A stretch of 64,000 nt of DNA from Bacteriovoracaceae bacterium (GTDB lineage: Bacteria; Bdellovibrionota; Bacteriovoracia; Bacteriovoracales; Bacteriovoracaceae): NCBI GenBank assembly GCA_965217035.1, contig OZ244226.1, positions 2,648,146-2,712,145 on the forward strand, in the 5' to 3' direction. The position numbers and the translations under genes were made by a program. Position 1 is the first letter of the stretch. Each line of letters begins with the position of its first letter. The notes under the pieces were generated by a model. That model was not told the origin of the DNA, ran no database searches, and was given only the letters and a program-made list of their open reading frames with translations. Below, piece after piece: positions 58,542-64,000 of the stretch.

Positions 58542-58823
58542 ATGTCAGAACTGAGAAAGAAGCTAGAAACAGAAATTGAAGAATGCGATTGGAATCTTCT
58601 TGATAAGAATCTCGAGAGAGGTGCTGTTATTCTCGTGAATAATGAAATTGATTTAATTGATGCCAGTGTTGCTATTGCTGAAGATCAGACTCAAACTGTT
58701 GCGAACTGGCTGAAGCATAGACAGCTTATTAATATAAGCATGGATGATTCTGATAAGTACAAGGACAAAAAGTTCCGGTTTCTTATTATTCAACCCTATG
58801 TGCTTGTTCAAACGCTAGACTAG
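58542..58823 (+). CDS. DUF2288 family protein
   Basis: W..L.....RG.V, A.AIAED....V..W, IIQPYVLVQ. Confidence 0.85.
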   Translation: MSELRKKLETEIEECDWNLLDKNLERGAVILVNNEIDLIDASVAIAEDQTQTVANWLKHRQLINISMDDSDKYKDKKFRFLIIQPYVLVQTLD

Positions 58824-58984
58824 TGCCAAAACGCACGTTCTTTTCAAAATTATTTTATCTAGAAACTGGTGCAAACAGACTCCAGATAACCTTTACTCGG
58901 GGCTAGAACGCAGTTCAAGCTCATGGCATGATATTTTGCACGGGGAGAAAAGGATTTCGAGCCTCCCTCAATCAAGGAGTGATT

Positions 58985-59212
58985 ATGAGAGTATTTACGA
59001 TTTATGCTGCCTTCCTTTTTTTTACAGGTCTTATTTTTGCTGAGGAAGAAAAAGAGATTGTTAACGTTAAAAAAGATATCTACCGAACGATAGCGGAAGA
59101 TATCATTGAAGAACCTGTCATTGTTGATTCAGGGGCATTCAGGTCTCCGGCCATTATTGAATATGAAATGGCGCTAGAAAACGATGAGATCAAGTATTGG
59201 AAATATCAATAA
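58985..59212 (+). CDS. Small secreted acidic protein
   Basis: AGGAG RBS, signal peptide, RTIA and RSPA motifs. Confidence 0.6.
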   Translation: MRVFTIYAAFLFFTGLIFAEEEKEIVNVKKDIYRTIAEDIIEEPVIVDSGAFRSPAIIEYEMALENDEIKYWKYQ

Positions 59213-59232
59213 ACAAAGTCTTCTTACAAGAG

Positions 59233-59277
59233 AATTAATAATAAAGGCTGGTAACTCACCAGCCTTTATTATTAATT
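59233..59277. terminator. Bidirectional terminator, perfect 20-bp inverted repeat
   Basis: AATTAATAATAAAGGCTGGT-AACTC-ACCAGCCTTTATTATTAATT between convergent genes. Confidence 0.85.
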
Positions 59278-59289
59278 TGATCTGTAAAC

Positions 59290-59586
59290 TTAAATTTGTC
59301 TACATTTAAAGTCTCCCCTTTCAACTTCATCCCCACAAGAGTAGCTATTAAAGCCATCCTTACTACTATATGCTTTCATTAATTTCTTAAGAGCATCGGC
59401 TCTGGATGAGCCCGTTGCTGATTTACTATATTCGTCGGATGGGCCACAGTCAGTCTCGCAAACCCACAATTCTTCTTTAGTACATGCTTTTTTCCCTTCG
59501 ATATAACCTCTTTCATAGTCTGAGACATTTTGAGCTAAAAGGTTAAAACTTCCAAAAACCAATAAACTAAATAGCAAATTTTTCAT
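59290..59586 (-). CDS. Small secreted Cys-containing protein
   Basis: GGAGG RBS, signal peptide, YERGY..G, five Cys. Confidence 0.7.
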   Translation of the reverse strand: MKNLLFSLLVFGSFNLLAQNVSDYERGYIEGKKACTKEELWVCETDCGPSDEYSKSATGSSRADALKKLMKAYSSKDGFNSYSCGDEVERGDFKCRQI

Positions 59587-59739
59587 AATAGAACCTCCAT
59601 TCTTTGTTATCTTTACGTTGAGTAGTTGATATCATAGTTTTTTGATGATTAGATGTGACACTATTGTCACGGGTAAACATTATAATTTCTAATTAATAGA
59701 AGCCTTTGCTTATCTTTATCGGCCTGTTACCATGAGTTC

Positions 59740-60981
59740 ATGGGGAAAAATTTCTTTACAAGTCTTGCCATCATTCTTGCGGGAGAAGCAATTTTTATGC
59801 TTCCTTTTACTATTCCTCGGTTATATCGACCGCTTATGCTTGAAGCCTGGGGGATTACAAATACTGACATAGGAACTGCTTTTAGTGCTTATGGGTTTTC
59901 AGCAATGATCTCTTATATTCTAGGGGGATCTTTTGCTGATAGATACCAACCACGTATTTTGATGGCGATCTCGCTTGCCACGACAGCTTTAGCAGGTCTT
60001 TCATTAATTTTTGCCCCTTCAAAAACGACATTGATTGTAACGTATTTCTTCTTTGGAATAAGTACTATTTTTCTCATGTGGGGAGCTCTGATCAAGGTTA
60101 CTCATCAATCAGGTGGTGACGATAAAAGAGCAACTGCTATGGGGATTTTAGATAGTGGAAGGGGAGCAGCTGCAGCTGTCGTGAGTTCTTTACTTGTTTT
60201 TGTGATAGGAATTCTCTTTACTGAGAAAGAATTAGAGACTCAAAGTATCGAGGCCGTAAAGATTATCTACGCGATTACAATTGGAATCATTCTCTCAACT
60301 TCTTTTTTTATTTGGAGAGCATTAAAAAATTTTAAACCCCAAGGTGAAAATAAAATAGAATCCTGGTCTAAAGAAAAGGCTAAGATCCTCCTGACAGATT
60401 CAAAAATTTGGCTTTTAGGGATTATTGTTTTAAGTGCTTATTGCGGCTATAAGAATATTGATATCTATTCTGTTTATCTTACTGATGTTTTATCTTATTC
60501 TAAAGAGGATTCAGCAGAATATACATCGATTATTCTTTGGCTTCGTCCTATAGCGACTCTTATTGCGGGAATCTTTACGGATTGGTTTCATCATAGAAAG
60601 AAGCAAGGACGGTTTACTGTTTTAACTTTTTTACTTTTTCTTTGTACTACTTTTCAATATCTTTTTGCTTTTCAAGTGACAAGTACAGAAACTCTCATCC
60701 TCGTTATTATATTACTTTCAGCCACTTTTGCTTATGCTCTGAGATCTGTTTACTTCTCAATTCTTGGAGATCTAAATATTAAAAACCATCTGGTGGGAAC
60801 GGCGGTGGGGATAGTCTCATTTGTTGGGTACCTTCCTGATATGTTCCACGGGTTTTTGACAGGTCGCTTGATTGACTCTAACCCTGGAGTTTTAGGCTTT
60901 CAATATTCCTTTGGAGTCACAGCAAGTTTTCTTTTAATTGGGACAATTGCCTCTTATTTTTTGACGAAGAAAGCGAACTAA
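59740..60981 (+). CDS. MFS transporter
   Basis: GGSFADRY motif, GILDSGRG, about 12 TM helices. Confidence 0.9.
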   Translation: MGKNFFTSLAIILAGEAIFMLPFTIPRLYRPLMLEAWGITNTDIGTAFSAYGFSAMISYILGGSFADRYQPRILMAISLATTALAGLSLIFAPSKTTLIVTYFFFGISTIFLMWGALIKVTHQSGGDDKRATAMGILDSGRGAAAAVVSSLLVFVIGILFTEKELETQSIEAVKIIYAITIGIILSTSFFIWRALKNFKPQGENKIESWSKEKAKILLTDSKIWLLGIIVLSAYCGYKNIDIYSVYLTDVLSYSKEDSAEYTSIILWLRPIATLIAGIFTDWFHHRKKQGRFTVLTFLLFLCTTFQYLFAFQVTSTETLILVIILLSATFAYALRSVYFSILGDLNIKNHLVGTAVGIVSFVGYLPDMFHGFLTGRLIDSNPGVLGFQYSFGVTASFLLIGTIASYFLTKKAN

Positions 60982-61379
60982 CTTTTCCGAGGAATACGAT
61001 AGACATCAAGATAAGGCTCAAAACCTAACTTTTCATAGAACTCTTTTGCTTCGGGAACAGAATGAACCATAAGCGCGACACCGTCTCCGAGGTATTCTCT
61101 TACTTTGAGAACTAATTTTCTTCCTATCCCGAGTTTTTGATATTCCGGATGAACAGCTAGATGGGAAATATGAGCGATCCAATACTTGTCAGTAATACCT
61201 CTTACTATCCCAATTAACTTATTATCACTATAGCAGCAAAGAATGAGACTTGAGTTCTCTAAAGTACTTTTCATTCTCTCAAGAGTCCATTGTTCGCTCG
61301 TAATTCCCGACTCATGATAGAGTTGAAGAGCAGCTTCAGCTGTTGGAATTTGAAACCTGTATCGAAAAGGGCTTACCAT
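60978..61379 (-). CDS. GNAT family N-acetyltransferase
   Basis: LAVHPEYQKLGIG, FYEKLGF. Confidence 0.9.
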   Translation of the reverse strand: MVSPFRYRFQIPTAEAALQLYHESGITSEQWTLERMKSTLENSSLILCCYSDNKLIGIVRGITDKYWIAHISHLAVHPEYQKLGIGRKLVLKVREYLGDGVALMVHSVPEAKEFYEKLGFEPYLDVYRIPRKS

Positions 61380-62056
61380 TCAATCTGCTCCTTATCTCTA
61401 AAAAAAGAACCGTTAGGACCATCATCTGGAAGATTTGAAAGCCAAAGCGCTGTTGCTGCTCCTTCTTCAGGTGAACGGTTAGCATTAGCCCCTCCCATAT
61501 CGGTTCGGACCCAACCGGGGCACATTGAATTCATTTTTACATTTTGTGTAAGAGCAAGACTTCCATTTTTAGTAAGAGCATTAATGAAGGCTTTAGATGT
61601 TGAGTAAGCGAAGGGTCCGTTAATACCTTCTCCAAAAGACCCCCATCCTGATGAGATATTCACAATTCTTCCATAATTATTTCGAATCATAATCGGAGCT
61701 ATTTTTTTTACTAATTGAATTGGCGCAAGCGAATTGATCTGCGCTGAGAGCTCGATATCTTTCATTGAAACCTCAAGAAGATTCCCATCAATTAAGATAC
61801 CCGCATTATTCACAAGAACATCAATTTTGGAATGATCTTTTAATATGGCTTCAATATTGAGATTGAGTTGTTCTTGGTTAGAAAGATCAAGTTCTACTGC
61901 GATGACGTTTTTACCGATTGATTGTGCAAGATCTTTTCCCTGTTTGAGATTCCGGCAACCCAAAAGAACGGTATCATTTTCATTTTCTGAGAGACCTTGA
62001 ACAATGGCCAATCCTATCCCTCGATTTCCACCTGTGACTAAAAGAGTTCGATCCAT
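61373..62056 (-). CDS. SDR family oxidoreductase
   Basis: TGGNRGIG, NNAG, YSTSK, CPGWVRTDMGG. Confidence 0.93.
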   Translation of the reverse strand: MDRTLLVTGGNRGIGLAIVQGLSENENDTVLLGCRNLKQGKDLAQSIGKNVIAVELDLSNQEQLNLNIEAILKDHSKIDVLVNNAGILIDGNLLEVSMKDIELSAQINSLAPIQLVKKIAPIMIRNNYGRIVNISSGWGSFGEGINGPFAYSTSKAFINALTKNGSLALTQNVKMNSMCPGWVRTDMGGANANRSPEEGAATALWLSNLPDDGPNGSFFRDKEQIEW

Positions 62057-62076
62057 TTTTACTCCTGATTAGGAGG

Positions 62077-62733
62077 TTAAGATATCATTTTTTTGAAAGG
62101 TTTAAAATGGACATTGATTTCTCTTGCATAAAGACAATAGAATTCCTTTTGCTCTGAAGAAAATCCGAATTGTTTCGAGAATTGGTCATTAAAGTACTCA
62201 AGAGTTGCCTTTTGAAGCTTCCAGGGTTTATGAATGACATCACCTCTATAAATTTTGTCTTTGTCATCGGTAAAAAGACTATATCTTTCTGTTAGCCATC
62301 GATCAAAGGGTGTGTCTGTCTTTTCCTCTGAAATAATTGCTCTTAACTCGAGACTCTTTAGAGCATCAAAATTATACAGAGAGTTCACTTTTCCATTCAT
62401 TGCTCGGACTCTATAGGGAAGATGAAAAAAACGAGTTGCAATAAACTGACCTAAGCGATGGTTGGTATCTAATGTATAAAAGTAAATTCCTTTTTGTCCT
62501 TTGTATTGAACATATGTTCTTAGATTGAGTTCCCAGAGAGAAGAAAAGGGAAGAGCTGGTGTATAAGGGAAGCGGACATGAGACATATAAAATGGAACAA
62601 TACTGAGATAAGCTTTTCCCTCAAAAGTATCAACCTCTAAACCCTCAGGAAGAGTTTCTTGAATTATTTGAGGTTCGACTTCGTAGTTTAGAAAAAGAAC
62701 GTGAGACCATTTCTGAGCAATGATCCACTTCAT
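62077..62733 (-). CDS. YqjF/DUF2071 family protein
   Basis: QKW..VLFLNY, ELNLRTYV, WLTERY, H.PW.LQ. Confidence 0.88.
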   Translation of the reverse strand: MKWIIAQKWSHVLFLNYEVEPQIIQETLPEGLEVDTFEGKAYLSIVPFYMSHVRFPYTPALPFSSLWELNLRTYVQYKGQKGIYFYTLDTNHRLGQFIATRFFHLPYRVRAMNGKVNSLYNFDALKSLELRAIISEEKTDTPFDRWLTERYSLFTDDKDKIYRGDVIHKPWKLQKATLEYFNDQFSKQFGFSSEQKEFYCLYAREINVHFKPFKKMIS

Positions 62734-63188
62734 AAAAGAAATTGAATTCCGAAGAATTTCCAGAAAATGCCATTCACAAAGTTCCAAAGAGGAATAAGTC
62801 CTGGTTTAGCATAGAGATGAATTTTTAAACGGATACCATTCTCTTCTTTAAAAAATTCAAGGCGAGTCGGTCTGAAAAAACGAAAGCTAATAATATAAGA
62901 CCCATAAAAGTATTGAAGGTCTCTATAAGTATCAGAGATTTTTCCAATCTGGCCATGGACACTGAGAAGAGGTCCGTGATGAATATTAATCTCACCTTCT
63001 TGAAAGGGACCAGACTGTTCAGGGACTGCAAATTCAACTCGAAAAGGTGGGATCTGTCCTAAAACAAAGGTTTCACGGAGCTGAAGCTTTTCCCAAGCTT
63101 TATCAATTTTATCATGAGGAATATTAAAGAAGCGCTCATAAAGATGTTCTTTCATAAATGAAGGGCATGACGATTGCGCTTTATTCAT
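62730..63188 (-). CDS. Hypothetical protein
   Basis: Member of a minus-strand operon with ATGA overlap; start uncertain. Confidence 0.7.
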   Translation of the reverse strand: MNKAQSSCPSFMKEHLYERFFNIPHDKIDKAWEKLQLRETFVLGQIPPFRVEFAVPEQSGPFQEGEINIHHGPLLSVHGQIGKISDTYRDLQYFYGSYIISFRFFRPTRLEFFKEENGIRLKIHLYAKPGLIPLWNFVNGIFWKFFGIQFLL

Positions 63189-63239
63189 GATCTTAATATA
63201 GACCATATCGAAAAAAGTAAAAGCAGGTTCATTCTGTGT

Positions 63240-63596
63240 CTAAGAGTCTTTAAGCTTCCAGGCCCAATAAATAAAGACAGACTGAAAAGCTGTCCGCCCC
63301 CATAAAAGAATAGGTGATGAAATTCCAAACATTTTGATTTGATTGAGAGAGACATGGATATGAGCTGGAATGATGGCCACAAAGTAAAGAGCTAGAATCC
63401 TTGAAGAGAGACTTCTATATTTTTTAACCATTAATCCGATAGCGAGAACGATTTCAACGATTCCTGTGAAGTAGACAATGGGCTGATGGTACGGGATATA
63501 AGGTGGCATCGCGATAAGGAAAAGTCCGGGATAAATAAAGTGAAAAATCCCAGCGATAAGTAAAATAATGATCATTAAAGTTCTGAGAATCTTCAT
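63240..63596 (-). CDS. DoxX-like membrane protein
   Basis: AGIFHF, MPPYIP, TG.VEI, PAHI. Confidence 0.8.
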   Translation of the reverse strand: MKILRTLMIIILLIAGIFHFIYPGLFLIAMPPYIPYHQPIVYFTGIVEIVLAIGLMVKKYRSLSSRILALYFVAIIPAHIHVSLNQIKMFGISSPILLWGRTAFQSVFIYWAWKLKDS

Positions 63597-63811
63597 TAGA
63601 ACTTCCGAAAAAGATAATTAATTAAAGAGAGTAATCCACTAACTAGGATGCAACTTGTAATCGGAATATAGATAACTCCGTTATTTGTTTTGTATTTAAT
63701 ATCTCCAGGAAGTTTTCCTAGGGGGATGTTTCCATCTGTAAAATGCCAGACAACTCCTAGGGAGAGAAAGAGAATCCCTAAAGCTATGAAGAGTTTTGTT
63801 AAAGAATTCAT
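63596..63811 (-). CDS. DUF2905 family protein
   Basis: LGKLPGDI, YIPITSCILVS. Confidence 0.88.
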   Translation of the reverse strand: MNSLTKLFIALGILFLSLGVVWHFTDGNIPLGKLPGDIKYKTNNGVIYIPITSCILVSGLLSLINYLFRKF

Positions 63812-63812
63812 T

Positions 63813-63998
63813 TTATCGAGGGATAAGAACGAGCGGATTGCGACTTAGCTCTACTACGATAGCTCCTTCGATAGTTCGAAGGAGCATGTCATCTGCCCTT
63901 GTATTATATTCTGGAAAATGAACATCTGTTGCCAAGCAACCTCCGCTGGAATTCTCGAGTGAGAAGTCGATCATAAATGGCATATTATCTTCAGAATA
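63813..63998 (-). CDS. 3' end of a hypothetical protein, truncated by window edge
   Basis: Open frame ...YSEDNMPFMIDFS...NPLVLIPR ending just before the DUF2905 start. Confidence 0.6.
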   Translation of the reverse strand, partial: YSEDNMPFMIDFSLENSSGGCLATDVHFPEYNTRADDMLLRTIEGAIVVELSRNPLVLIPR

Positions 63999-64000
63999 TA

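Noticed and set aside
58924..58940. Sigma54-like TGGCAT...TTGCA promoter
   Set aside because: GG-to-GC spacing is 11 nt rather than the required 10
2119..63382. Many 60-130 aa ORFs overlapping or antisense to clear genes (for example 3693, 20298, 37177, 49290, 61290)
   Set aside because: Shadow frames of well-supported genes, without RBS or motifs
1..64000. CRISPR arrays, tRNA, rRNA, prophage
   Set aside because: No regularly spaced repeats, cloverleaf or rRNA-like segments, or phage hallmark genes seen

Overview
AT-rich bacterial chromosomal window. The gene content (TIGR02147-type protein, many orphan secreted or lipoprotein ORFs, TPR/wHTH regulators) suggests a predatory Bdellovibrionota such as Bacteriovoracia; that assignment is inference. 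Most of the window is housekeeping or accessory genes: yciH, lpxO, fxsA, MATE, rplY, lysA, KirBac, ABC and ABC-F ATPases, pirins, kynU/kynB, Csp, aquaporin and MFS. It also holds one complete IS5-family element (34608-35483) and three genes broken by single-base indels. No rRNA, tRNA or CRISPR array was seen. Main points of interest: (1) an ~11 kb island (38.4-49.6 kb) of orphan secreted proteins in three paralog families around a TIGR02147 protein and a secreted gluzincin, with a recurring GCTGAC motif in its intergenic regions; (2) a diaminopimelate decarboxylase with a twin-arginine signal whose ribosome-binding site lies inside a perfect 14-bp hairpin; (3) two small ORFs missing from the ORF track, with attenuator-like alternative hairpins, upstream of an ABC exporter/DUF1854 pair; (4) a CruR/CutF-like Cys/Pro leader gene ahead of a Tat-exported copper storage protein. 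All family assignments come from motif recognition by eye; no searches were run.
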